A stretch of 50,458 nt of DNA. It comes from Candidatus Moraniibacteriota bacterium. Lineage in GTDB: Bacteria; Patescibacteriota; Minisyncoccia; Moranbacterales; UBA1568. The notes beneath the pieces were generated by a model. It was not told the origin of the DNA. It saw only the letters and a program-made list of their open reading frames with translations, and searched no databases. Shown here one piece after another: positions 9,936-18,403 of this stretch; positions within the stretch are counted from its first letter, which is position 1; every line of letters begins with the position of its first letter. The stretch lies in contig JAYVWV010000033.1 in assembly GCA_043785755.1 (NCBI GenBank), positions 1 through 50,458 on the forward strand, in the 5' to 3' direction. The position numbers and the translations under genes were made by a program.

Positions 9936-10934
9936 ATGTCTTTAAAATGGTTTTTGAGTAGCGTGCTTTTCCTCGCTCTCCTTCTTATGGGAGTGGGTGT
10001 CTTTTTTGTGTTCTTTCCGAAAATGAAGGAGTCGCTCTCTGTTTCTCAAGTGGTTCCTTGGCAGAGGCCTCAGGAAAAGGTGCGGGAGGCGGAAACGGTA
10101 CCACCGTCCCCGATTCGGATTCTCTTTGGCGGTGACCTCATGTTCGACCGTCACATCCGTACCGCTCTTCGTAAGCAGGGCAATGATTTCGCTCTAGCGC
10201 CCCTCAAGGAAACGCTGGCGCAGGCTGATTTAGTCGTCGCCAATCTCGAGGGGCCGATTACAGATAACGCCTCGCGCAGTGAAACCAGCGCGGTCGGTGC
10301 CAGGGACAATTATTACTTCACCTTTGATCCAGCAGTCGCTCCATTACTTAAGGAATTTCATATCGGAGCCGTCAATCTTGGGAACAACCACATCTCCAAT
10401 TTCGGCCAGGCCGGTGAGCAATCGACAGAAAAGTATCTGGCGGCGGCCGGAGTGAAGTTCTTCGGCGCGCCGGTATCGGATGACAAGCGCATCTTGTTTC
10501 AGACCATTCAGGGGGTGAAGATTGCCCTCGTCAATTACGATCAGTTTATTTTTAAGGGGAAGGAAAAGGCCTTGGCGGATATTCGGACGGCCAAAGAGCA
10601 AGCCGCTGTCGTCATCCTCTATACTCACTGGGGGACGGAATATGTACCGGCCACGGAGCCTATCAAAGTATTGGCGCACCAGTTTATTGAGGCTGGCGTT
10701 GACCTCATCATTGGTTCGCACCCACATGTGGTAGAGGAAACAGAAGTGTATCGAGGGAAGACTGTCTACTACTCCCTGGGGAATATGGTCTTTGATCAGT
10801 ATTTTAGTGAAGAGACGAAGCACGGCCTTCTGGTGCGAGCAACGCTTGACCCTGAGACGAAGCAGTTTTCCTTTGAAGACATTCCTATTGTGCTTCAGTC
10901 GACTGGCCAGACCGCTCTTGTTTCGGCCCACTGA
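9936..10934 (+). CDS. CapA-family (PGA_cap) metallophosphoesterase-like protein
   Basis: 332 aa with an N-terminal signal/TM segment. The segments GGDLMFDR, NLEGPIT, NLGNNH, WGTEY and GSHPHV follow the CapA/metallophosphatase motif order. Confidence 0.75.
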   Translation: MSLKWFLSSVLFLALLLMGVGVFFVFFPKMKESLSVSQVVPWQRPQEKVREAETVPPSPIRILFGGDLMFDRHIRTALRKQGNDFALAPLKETLAQADLVVANLEGPITDNASRSETSAVGARDNYYFTFDPAVAPLLKEFHIGAVNLGNNHISNFGQAGEQSTEKYLAAAGVKFFGAPVSDDKRILFQTIQGVKIALVNYDQFIFKGKEKALADIRTAKEQAAVVILYTHWGTEYVPATEPIKVLAHQFIEAGVDLIIGSHPHVVEETEVYRGKTVYYSLGNMVFDQYFSEETKHGLLVRATLDPETKQFSFEDIPIVLQSTGQTALVSAH

Positions 10935-10981
10935 GAGACGTTTGGGTTGATTTTTCTTGGTTGATGGCGTACCATAGACCA

Positions 10982-12139
10982 ATGTCTATGGCAGAAACAT
11001 TCTTTATCAAAACTTTTGGTTGTCAGCAAAATGTGGCCGATTCAGAACGGATCGAGCGTTTTTATCGTTCTCGTGGTCTTATGCCAGCCGAGACACTCGA
11101 AGAGGCGGACATTCTCATTTTGAATACCTGTGTCATTCGTGATAAAGCCGAAGAGAAGGTCTATGGCATGGTGCGCAGTCTCACTGAACGTTTGGGAGAG
11201 CAAGTACCGCACATTGTCGTGACCGGTTGCCTCATTGGAGCGGCGGCGCGGGAACCATCGGGCAAGATGATGAAACGATTGACCAAGCGTTTACCCGAGG
11301 CCGAATTTTTGCCGCTGGAAGAGGTGGGTTTTGAACATGCGCCCGTGCGGGCCAAGGGCAAGTCAGCTTCCATCGTTATCTCGAACGGCTGTAACAACTA
11401 CTGCGCTTTTTGTATCGTGCCCTTTTCGCGGGGCAAAGAACGCTCCCGTCCCTTTCAGGATATTATCGATGAGGTGAGGCAGGCGCTAGCCGATGGTTAC
11501 GAAGAGGTAGTGCTTCTGGGCCAGAACGTCAATTCCTATGGGGCTGATTTTTTGCAGGAGAAAATTAAAGAAGGAGAACTCTACGAGCTCCCTGATGGGA
11601 AGAAAGTGCAACCGGTCATGGTCAAGCATTTGAACCGCCATCGTATCCCGACGCTCTTCCCGTATCTCCTCGAAGCGGTAGCGACTTTCCCTCAATTAAA
11701 AAAAGTGTCGTTCATTTCTTCCAATCCGTGGGATTTTTCCGATCAGCTCATCGCTATCATGAAACGCTTCGAGAATGTTGATCGGACACTCCATCTCCCG
11801 GTGCAGTCGGGGAGTAATGACATCCTCAAAAAAATGAATCGTTGGTACAGCCGGGAAGAATACCTGGCACTCATAGACCGTATCCGGACTGCCATTCCTA
11901 AGATTGTTTTCACGACCGATATCATCGTTGGCTTTCCTGGGGAAACGCGGGAGCAGTTTTTGGAGAGTGTTGATCTGGTGAAACGAGTTGATTTTTCCAA
12001 GACGTTCATTGCTTGGTATTCGCCGCGGCCTGGGACAGCGGCTACTTCGGGAATGACGGACGATGTTTTGATCGCAGAAAAACAGCGCCGTTTCCATGAA
12101 CTGGATGCTATCGCCTTCAAAGGAAAAAAGGCTAGATAA
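10982..12139 (+). CDS. miaB: MiaB-like tRNA methylthiotransferase (radical SAM), apparently lacking the TRAM domain
   Basis: The N-terminal UPF0004 domain reads FFIKTFGCQQNVADSE…NTCVIR. The radical-SAM motif is NGCNNYCAFCIVP. The protein ends soon after …SPRPGTAA…. Start is ambiguous: TTG 10961, ATG 10964, ATG 10982 or ATG 10988. Confidence 0.75.
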   Translation: MSMAETFFIKTFGCQQNVADSERIERFYRSRGLMPAETLEEADILILNTCVIRDKAEEKVYGMVRSLTERLGEQVPHIVVTGCLIGAAAREPSGKMMKRLTKRLPEAEFLPLEEVGFEHAPVRAKGKSASIVISNGCNNYCAFCIVPFSRGKERSRPFQDIIDEVRQALADGYEEVVLLGQNVNSYGADFLQEKIKEGELYELPDGKKVQPVMVKHLNRHRIPTLFPYLLEAVATFPQLKKVSFISSNPWDFSDQLIAIMKRFENVDRTLHLPVQSGSNDILKKMNRWYSREEYLALIDRIRTAIPKIVFTTDIIVGFPGETREQFLESVDLVKRVDFSKTFIAWYSPRPGTAATSGMTDDVLIAEKQRRFHELDAIAFKGKKAR

Positions 12140-12261
12140 AGAGACTCTGCAGAGATTATTGCTGGTGGGTACGCAGTTTCTTTTGTGCCAAGCGCGGCTT
12201 CTCTGGGCGCTTCATTTTTCTGAGAAACATGGTATGATGAAAGGAGAGTAAACACTCGTCT

Positions 12262-13071
12262 ATGACCAAATCAATAAAAATATTTTCCTGGAACGTCAAT
12301 GGTATCCGGGCAGTCCACAAGAAAGGCCTCTTTTTACCCTTCATTGAAAAGTATCAGCCCGATATCTTGTGTCTCCAAGAGACCAAGGCCATGGAGGGCC
12401 AGGCCGAGATTGATCTGCCGGTATACGAAGAATATTGGAATTCGGCCGAGCGCAAGGGCTATTCCGGCACCGCTATTTTTACCAAGATCAAACCGTTGGC
12501 TGTCTCCAATGGTTTTCCTCTGCATATTGTCAAGCAGTTCAGCCTCGTGGCGGATGAGTATGGGGATCCCTGTTCTGAAGGGCGGGTGGTCGCGGCTGAG
12601 TTCGCTGATTTTTTTGTGGTGACGGTCTATACGCCGAACGCCAAAGAAGACTTGAGTCGAGTAAAAATTCGGCATGAGCAGTGGGACCCGGCTTTTCTAG
12701 CATATTGCCAGGAATTAGAGCAAAAGAAGCCGGTTATTTTTTGTGGCGATTTGAACGTGGCGCATACCGAGGATGACCTGGCCAATCCCAAGGGCAATGT
12801 TGGTAAACATGGCTTCACCGACGAAGAACGGGAAGGATTCCAAAACTTTGTTGATGCTGGCTTTGTCGATACTTTTCGTTTATTCCATCAGGGCAAAGGC
12901 TTTTATTCGTGGTGGTCACACTTCGCACAGTCGCGAGCGCGCAATGTCGGTTGGCGCATCGATTACTTTCTGGTCAGTGCTGCACTTAAAAGTCGAGTGA
13001 AAGAAGCGCTTATTCTTTCTGACGTACTGGGCTCCGATCATTGCCCGGTTGGCATCGTTTTAGAAAATTAG
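12262..13071 (+). CDS. xth: exodeoxyribonuclease III
   Basis: 269 aa. The segments IFSWNVNGIRA, LCLQETK, GDLNVAH, …RIDY… and SDHCPV form the full ExoIII/AP-endonuclease motif set. Confidence 0.9.
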   Translation: MTKSIKIFSWNVNGIRAVHKKGLFLPFIEKYQPDILCLQETKAMEGQAEIDLPVYEEYWNSAERKGYSGTAIFTKIKPLAVSNGFPLHIVKQFSLVADEYGDPCSEGRVVAAEFADFFVVTVYTPNAKEDLSRVKIRHEQWDPAFLAYCQELEQKKPVIFCGDLNVAHTEDDLANPKGNVGKHGFTDEEREGFQNFVDAGFVDTFRLFHQGKGFYSWWSHFAQSRARNVGWRIDYFLVSAALKSRVKEALILSDVLGSDHCPVGIVLEN

Positions 13072-13181
13072 CATCAAATCGACGACCGTCCATCTGATGC
13101 TGTGATGTATGGAAGTTTAAAAAACGTATCTTTAAAATGCCACCTTACCTCACGGTCGTGAGTTTGTGTGATATGTAGTCT

Positions 13182-14420
13182 ATGGGAAATGCGAATCAGG
13201 TGCCATTAGCAGAGCGCTTGCGGCCACAGCGGCTGGAAGAGTTCTTGGGTCAGGAAAAAGTTTTTGGCGAGGGTTCATTTTTACGGGAGGCGATTGCGGC
13301 TGATCAGGTACCCTCACTTATTTTTTGGGGGCCGCCCGGGAGTGGCAAGACCACCTTGGCCCTCTTGATTGCCCGGGAAACACAGGCGGAGTTTCGTCAA
13401 TTGTCAGCGGTGGGGAGCGGGGTCAAGGATCTGCGGGCCGTGTTCGCCGAAGCCGAAGAAAACAAAAAACTGGGGAAGAAAACTATTTTGTTTATTGATG
13501 AAATCCATCGTTTCAACAAGGCACAGCAGGACAGTCTCCTCCCGCATGTGGAGCGCGGGACCATCATCCTCATTGGCGCGACCACTGAGAATCCCAGCTT
13601 CGAAGTGAATGGCGCTCTCCTTTCGCGTGCTCGGGTACTGGTGCTCGAGAAGCACAGCGAAGCGACCCTGGTCGGTTTGATGGAGCGGGCTCTTCAAAAG
13701 AGTGAGGAATACTTCGGAAAGACAGTGACGGCCGATGCGACGGCGCTCTCGTTTATCGCGGCTGTCTCTGGCGGTGATGCCCGAACGGTGTTGAATACGC
13801 TTGAAGCAGCGGCGCTCAAAAAGAATCATATTGATAGCGTGGTAGTGGAGCAGGTCGTCAAACGTTCACACCTCCTCTATGACAAGGGTGGTGAGGAACA
13901 TTACAATATTATCTCAGCCTTGCATAAATCACTGCGTGGCAATGACGCTGACGCAGCGCTCTACTATCTGGCCCGTATGCTCGAAGCCGGTGAGGACCCG
14001 CTCTATGTGGCTCGCCGATTGGTCCGTTTCGCTTCAGAAGATATCGGTATCGCCAATTCTTTCGCCTTGCCACAGGCCGTGGCCGCGTTCCAGGCCTCCC
14101 AGATGCTCGGCATGCCGGAATGCGAGGTGCATCTGGCACAGGCCGTCGTTTATCTGGCGCTTTCCAAAAAATCCAACGCTCTCTCTACCGCCTATGGTGA
14201 GGCCAAAGCTGATGTCCATCGGTATCCGAATGAACCGGTGCCGCTCCATCTCCGTAACCTGCCTCGACTGCCGGGAGGCAAGGCGGGTGCCCCGACCAAA
14301 CTGATGCAGGAATTGGCATATAGCAAGGGCTACAAATACACCCCGGACTTCAAGAACGCTGAAGAAGTCAAGCAGGAATACTTCCCGGAGCGGCTGAAGG
14401 GGAGAAAGTATCTTTCTTAG
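13182..14420 (+). CDS. rarA: replication-associated recombination protein A (AAA+ ATPase RarA/MgsA)
   Basis: 412 aa with Walker A GPPGSGKTT and Walker B LFIDEIHRFNK. The segments GATTENPSFEVN, YDKGGEEHYN..SALHKS.RG.D.DAALYY and APTKLM..L.Y.KGYKY are RarA signatures. Confidence 0.9.
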   Translation: MGNANQVPLAERLRPQRLEEFLGQEKVFGEGSFLREAIAADQVPSLIFWGPPGSGKTTLALLIARETQAEFRQLSAVGSGVKDLRAVFAEAEENKKLGKKTILFIDEIHRFNKAQQDSLLPHVERGTIILIGATTENPSFEVNGALLSRARVLVLEKHSEATLVGLMERALQKSEEYFGKTVTADATALSFIAAVSGGDARTVLNTLEAAALKKNHIDSVVVEQVVKRSHLLYDKGGEEHYNIISALHKSLRGNDADAALYYLARMLEAGEDPLYVARRLVRFASEDIGIANSFALPQAVAAFQASQMLGMPECEVHLAQAVVYLALSKKSNALSTAYGEAKADVHRYPNEPVPLHLRNLPRLPGGKAGAPTKLMQELAYSKGYKYTPDFKNAEEVKQEYFPERLKGRKYLS

Positions 14421-14461
14421 TAAGCTGAAGGATTTTTCGTCATACATCTATTTGAGAGAGT

Positions 14462-14699
14462 ACCTGTTAGTATCTTTCTTTTTCTTTCTCCTGTTTTGAC
14501 GGCCAGCCTCGCCGAGTCTAGGCGGGTAATATTTCTCTCGAACGAGTCGGTAACAGTCGAGCGTGACGGATGGTTTCGCGGACACCTGCCCGTACTGAAC
14601 GGTACGTTCAGGCGGGGCTCCCTGTTCGACTCGCCTCGCTGTAGCTCCGGCGAAGCGGGCGGTCACCAAAGGGGAAGAAAAAGGAAGATACTAACAGGT
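14462..14699 (+). repeat. intergenic foldback repeat element, copy 1 (238 bp)
   Basis: Terminal inverted arms are ACCTGTTAGTATCTTTCTTTTTCTTTCTCC at the left end and GGGGAAGAAAAAGGAAGATACTAACAGGT at the right end. Core blocks (GCCAGCCTCGCCGAGTCTAGGCGGGTAA, GTCGGTAACAGTCGAGCGTGACGGATGGTTTCGCGGACA, CTCCCTGTTCGAC) are shared with 16736-16914 (reverse orientation) and 41566-41767. Strand label is arbitrary: polypyrimidine arm first is called +. Confidence 0.7.
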
Positions 14700-14726
14700 C
14701 GTAACCACAGAATGCTGAAACATCTT

Positions 14727-14761
14727 TAGAAAAGAAAAGGCCTCACCGGGGGGGGTGAGGC
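14727..14761 (-). terminator. rho-independent terminator of the minus-strand PEP-CTERM gene
   Basis: On the minus strand the sequence reads GCCTCACC-CCCCCC-GGTGAGGC followed by CTTTTCTTTTCT. That is an 8-bp GC-rich stem, a 6-nt loop and a T-rich tail, about 25 nt past the stop at 14786. Confidence 0.6.
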
Positions 14762-14785
14762 GGGGCGGGACTGGCGTTGCCAGAA

Positions 14786-15436
14786 TTAGCCCAGGCGGCG
14801 TGTGCGTGGCTGCCGGGAGCGCGTGATCGCAAAGGCCAGGAAAGCCGCCAGGACGAGCAGCAGTGTTCCAGGACTTGGAACGGTGCCGGCGTGGTTGTCA
14901 AATGTCACGTCGTCCAGGTAAATATTGTAGATCCCCGGGCCGAAGCTGTCGCCGCGAAAAAACATTATCGGTGGCACTGCCCTATCACCGAGGTCTGTGA
15001 ACGCCGGCAGGTCGAAGGACGCGAACGTCCAATCGGCTCCCGCCCCAGACGTGGAGAGGACGGAGATTTCTATCTCCCCGGGAAAGCTCCTGATACTCCG
15101 GAAGATCCCGAAGATCGGGTCGTTCAGCGGATCATCTGATAGTGCCACGGCGCGCCACCAGAAGCTCAGAGTGTTCGCTTCCTTGGCGCCGGGGATGACC
15201 CACTTGAGGCCGCCGAAATTGTAATCGCCCACGGCTATTTCAGCCATGCGCAAGCCCGAGAAGGGCAGGATGGTGGCGCCACTTTCGTCGAGCGCGCTTG
15301 GGATTACGCTGCTCACCGTGTTACCGACGACCGCGAGCGGGCCGAGGGTCCCGTCCTCGAAGTTGACGGTAACGATGCTGGCCTGGCTTGGACCGCCTAT
15401 CAGGCTGATGAACATGGCCAGCAGGACAAAAGTCAT
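14786..15436 (-). CDS. secreted protein with C-terminal PEP-CTERM-like sorting signal
   Basis: I chose the internal Met at 15436, which gives the signal peptide MTFVLLAMFISLIGGPSQA. The C-terminus …GTVPSPGTLLLVLAAFLAFAITRSRQPRTRR has a P-[ES]-P motif, a hydrophobic helix and an Arg-rich tail, matching PEP-CTERM architecture. The region is visibly GC-rich. Confidence 0.6.
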   Translation of the reverse strand: MTFVLLAMFISLIGGPSQASIVTVNFEDGTLGPLAVVGNTVSSVIPSALDESGATILPFSGLRMAEIAVGDYNFGGLKWVIPGAKEANTLSFWWRAVALSDDPLNDPIFGIFRSIRSFPGEIEISVLSTSGAGADWTFASFDLPAFTDLGDRAVPPIMFFRGDSFGPGIYNIYLDDVTFDNHAGTVPSPGTLLLVLAAFLAFAITRSRQPRTRRLG

Positions 15437-15712
15437 GGACTTTACTTTCACGGGACTCTCCTTGGATGGCGGGGTTGGCTGGGGGGGGTAAAGGACACAC
15501 AAAAAGCCTCCTTAATATCTTGGAAGCCTTCGTGCGAACAGTATACCGCACTGTATGCCTTTTGTAAAGGGTTCTTTTTTAAGTCCTCATTCTTTTGGCT
15601 TGACAGATGCTATTTTTTGTATTACTCTTTCTAAAGCCTGATACATGATACCGTACAGGTGAAACACCGGAACCCCGGAGTTTTCTGAGAAAAAGCTAAG
15701 AAGGAGTGAGAA

Positions 15713-15976
15713 ATGGGAAACAGCCTTAAAGATGAGGTGGGCTCGGGTGGTTTTTGCCCGGACGTGATACAGAGGTTTCACCGCATGTCGGTGGTTTACT
15801 TGAGCGATAGTCTGGTCATCCAGCAGATCGTTTCGGCCCTGATCGCTGAAGAGATGGCTTTGGCCCTCTGTCACATCAAGGTGGTGAGCTGGTTCACCTG
15901 GATGAATCCGTTCTTCCGGGTGGCGAGTGAAATGGTGTACGCAGGTATGTGCCCGCACTATCGGCAGGGAAAATAG
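15713..15976 (+). CDS. hypothetical small protein
   Basis: 87-aa ORF preceded by a strong RBS (AAGGAG, 7 nt before the ATG). A possible promoter lies upstream: TTGACA at 15600-15605, then 17 nt, then TACTCT. No family recognised. The overlapping minus-strand ORF 15587-15958 looks less protein-like. Confidence 0.4.
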   Translation: MGNSLKDEVGSGGFCPDVIQRFHRMSVVYLSDSLVIQQIVSALIAEEMALALCHIKVVSWFTWMNPFFRVASEMVYAGMCPHYRQGK

Positions 15977-16099
15977 CCCCGAAACCTTGAAAAGAGAAAG
16001 AAGGACAAGTTTCCCCTCTGCGACAATGTCGTGGCGGGGGTTTTCTTTTTGTGGTAAAATTTCTTCTCGAGCACCTCATTATTAATTGAAAAAATAACT

Positions 16100-16576
16100 A
16101 TGCTTCCAAAGAAAGGCAATAAGGCCAAAAATTTTAGCCTGCCTGATCAGGACGGGAAGCTTCATACCCTGAAAGACTCTCTGGGCAAGTGGGTGGTGCT
16201 CTATTTCTATCCTAAGGATGACACGCCAGGTTGCACGGTGGAGGCCTGTAGTTTCCGTGATCACTTTCCGAAATTCAAGAAATCACAGGCCGTCGTCTTT
16301 GGCGTCAGTGTCGATGCAGTTAAGAAGCACGCCAAATTCGTGGCCAAGTATGATTTGCCCTTTACGCTCCTTTCTGATGAGGAAAAGGCAGTGGTGGCGG
16401 TGTACGGCGTGTGGGGGAAGAAGAAATTCATGGGACGTGAGTATGAGGGAATCCTCCGTACATCGTTTCTCATCGGTCCGACGGGTAAGATTGTCAAAGT
16501 GTATGAGAATGTGAAGCCAGAGGGGCATGCTGAGGAAGTTTTGCGGGATATCAAGGAAATGAGTAAGGTGAGTTAG
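16100..16576 (+). CDS. bcp: thiol peroxidase / peroxiredoxin Bcp
   Basis: 158 aa. The segments FSLPDQDGK, VVLYFYPKDDTPGCTVEAC (peroxidatic Cys motif) and FGVS.D…H..F are typical of the Bcp/PrxQ family. Confidence 0.9.
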   Translation: MLPKKGNKAKNFSLPDQDGKLHTLKDSLGKWVVLYFYPKDDTPGCTVEACSFRDHFPKFKKSQAVVFGVSVDAVKKHAKFVAKYDLPFTLLSDEEKAVVAVYGVWGKKKFMGREYEGILRTSFLIGPTGKIVKVYENVKPEGHAEEVLRDIKEMSKVS

Positions 16577-16735
16577 TTTGCAGTGCAGGGAAAGTTCTTT
16601 TGAATCGGGAGAAAACCTTTGCGAGAATCTTTCAAAGAGCGAGTTTCCACGCCGGGGAAACAAGCGGTTCCTGAAAAGGTTTCTGGCAAGAATTTTTCAG
16701 ATCTTCTCAAAGAAAGTGGTAGATTGGCTATAGGT

Positions 16736-16914
16736 GTTCTCGGAGAACCTTTCTTTTTCTTTCCCTTTCGTGTCCGTCGAACATTTCTCACTCGCTTCGT
16801 CGAACAGGGAGCTGTCCGCGAAACCATCCGTCACGCTCGACTGTTACCGGCACGCTTGCGAGAAATGTTACCGACGTCACATCGGGTGCAGAAAAGAAAA
16901 GATTCTCCGAGAAC
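16736..16914 (-). repeat. intergenic foldback repeat element, copy 2 (179 bp, inverted relative to copies 1 and 3)
   Basis: Termini are GTTCTCGGAGAA…TTCTCCGAGAAC, which are perfect reverse complements. The inner arms are CCTTTCTTTTTCTTTCCC / GAAAAGAAAAG. Its reverse complement shares GGTAACAGTCGAGCGTGACGGATGGTTTCGCGGACA and CTCCCTGTTCGACG…GAGTGAGAAATGTTCGACGG with copies 1 and 3. Confidence 0.7.
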
Positions 16915-16949
16915 GTGATTTCAAACGCTTCATCATTTATAGAGAGGAT

Positions 16950-18329
16950 ATGATTATCAGAATTGGAGAAGCAGGGAAGAGGGGAGTATTGCTGGTACGT
17001 TTCGTAGAGGAAGGCAAGGATGGAATAGTCGAGATGAGAGGTGAGGCGGAAACTCTGGTGCTGGTCATTGGGAAGCGTGAGGAAATGACCCGGCGGAAAC
17101 TCATGCTTCTGGCCCGGCGGGTAGTGCGCGAGGCCTTGGCCAAGAAGTATTGCGAACTGGCGCTTGATTTGAAGCAATTCCAGTTTGCTCATTTGAAAAT
17201 ATCGCCAGCTGATCTGGCCGAATTATTGGCGGTCAATTTCCTCATGGCCGAATTTTCCTTTCGAGAATTTTTGACCGAGCCGAAAGAAGGGTTCCCGAAA
17301 TTACAGACGATATTTCTTACCAATGCTGGGAGCAAGGAAATTCGTTCTGGCATCGATCATGGCATCGTCATTGGCGAGGAAGTCAATCGTTCGCGCCATA
17401 TCGCTACCATGCCCGGCGGAGCCATGACGCCAGAAATTTTGGCTCGTCATGCCAAGGCAGCGGTCAAGGGGTTGCCGGTGAGAGTAACGGTACTTGATGA
17501 GAAGCAGATGGCGAAACTTTCGATGGGCGGTATCCTCGGAGTGGGGATGGGCTCGGAGGCGCGACCCCGGTTCATCATTCTTGAATATTATGGAACCAAA
17601 AAAAGTGTAGCCCCGACTGTGTTAGTGGGTAAGGGCGTGACCTTCGATACTGGAGGGATCAATCTGAAACCGAGCGACAGTATTCTCGGGATGAATATGG
17701 ATATGTCGGGTGGGGCGGCGGTTATTCATGCGCTGGCGGCCGCGGCGCGTCTGAAACTGAAGAAAAATGTTGTCGCTCTCATTCCGGCAGTCGAAAATAT
17801 GGCTTCGGGCTCGAGCTATCGTCCAGGTGATATTTTGCGTGCCATGTCTGGCAAGACGATCGAGGTCTTGAATACCGATGCTGAGGGACGCATCATTTTG
17901 GCTGATGCTTTACACTATGCCAAGCGGTATCACCCCTCGCTCGTTGTCGATGTGGCGACCCTGACTGGCGCCGCGATGGTGGCGCTGGGCGAACGGGCGA
18001 CAGCACTTTTCACGGAGGATGAGAAATTAGAATTGCACCTGCGTCATCTCGGTGAAGCCAGTGGTGACTACGTCTGGCCGCTCCCCATGTGGGATGAATA
18101 TGATGAGGAGGTGAAGGGGACATTTGGTGATGTGGCCAACCTCGGTCGGACGCGTTATGGTGGCGCCATCACGGCCGCAGTCTTCCTCAAGCAGTTTGTC
18201 GACAAGGCCTACCCGTGGGTGCACCTCGATATCGCGCCGCGCATGACGACCCTGCCGGATGAGTTCCTGTCCAAGGGCTCGGCCGGCGCGCCAGTACGAT
18301 TGCTGGTGAAGATTTTGGAAAAGGATTAA
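16950..18329 (+). CDS. pepA: leucyl aminopeptidase (M17 family)
   Basis: The start is moved to ATG 16950, which has an AGAGAGGA RBS. The upstream part of ORF 16734 is translated repeat element. The M17 signature NTDAEGRIILADAL is present, together with VGKGVTFDTGG and a metal-ligand context. Confidence 0.9.
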   Translation: MIIRIGEAGKRGVLLVRFVEEGKDGIVEMRGEAETLVLVIGKREEMTRRKLMLLARRVVREALAKKYCELALDLKQFQFAHLKISPADLAELLAVNFLMAEFSFREFLTEPKEGFPKLQTIFLTNAGSKEIRSGIDHGIVIGEEVNRSRHIATMPGGAMTPEILARHAKAAVKGLPVRVTVLDEKQMAKLSMGGILGVGMGSEARPRFIILEYYGTKKSVAPTVLVGKGVTFDTGGINLKPSDSILGMNMDMSGGAAVIHALAAAARLKLKKNVVALIPAVENMASGSSYRPGDILRAMSGKTIEVLNTDAEGRIILADALHYAKRYHPSLVVDVATLTGAAMVALGERATALFTEDEKLELHLRHLGEASGDYVWPLPMWDEYDEEVKGTFGDVANLGRTRYGGAITAAVFLKQFVDKAYPWVHLDIAPRMTTLPDEFLSKGSAGAPVRLLVKILEKD

Positions 18330-18360
18330 AAAAAACACAGAAAATTGCGTATCAAGATAA

Positions 18361-18387
18361 AAAACGGCTCGCAATAGCCGTTTTTTT
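18361..18387 (+). terminator. rho-independent terminator after pepA
   Basis: The sequence AACGGCT-CGCAAT-AGCCGTT forms a 7-bp stem that runs into a TTTTTTT tract. It begins about 30 nt after the pepA stop. Confidence 0.7.
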
Positions 18388-18403
18388 GGTGTATAACTTT
18401 GTG

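Noticed and set aside
15587-15958. Minus-strand 123-aa ORF between the PEP-CTERM gene and bcp.
   Set aside because: The composition is His/Arg-rich and non-protein-like, and there is no RBS. The overlapping + strand ORF 15713-15976 has a strong AAGGAG RBS and a plausible upstream promoter.
16734-16949. N-terminal 72 codons of the ORF-track pepA ORF (MFSENLSFSFPFVSVEHFSLASS…).
   Set aside because: This stretch is the foldback repeat element (copy 2) read through in frame. The same pseudo-peptide appears from copy 3 on the other strand. ATG 16950 with an RBS gives a normal M17 aminopeptidase N-terminus.
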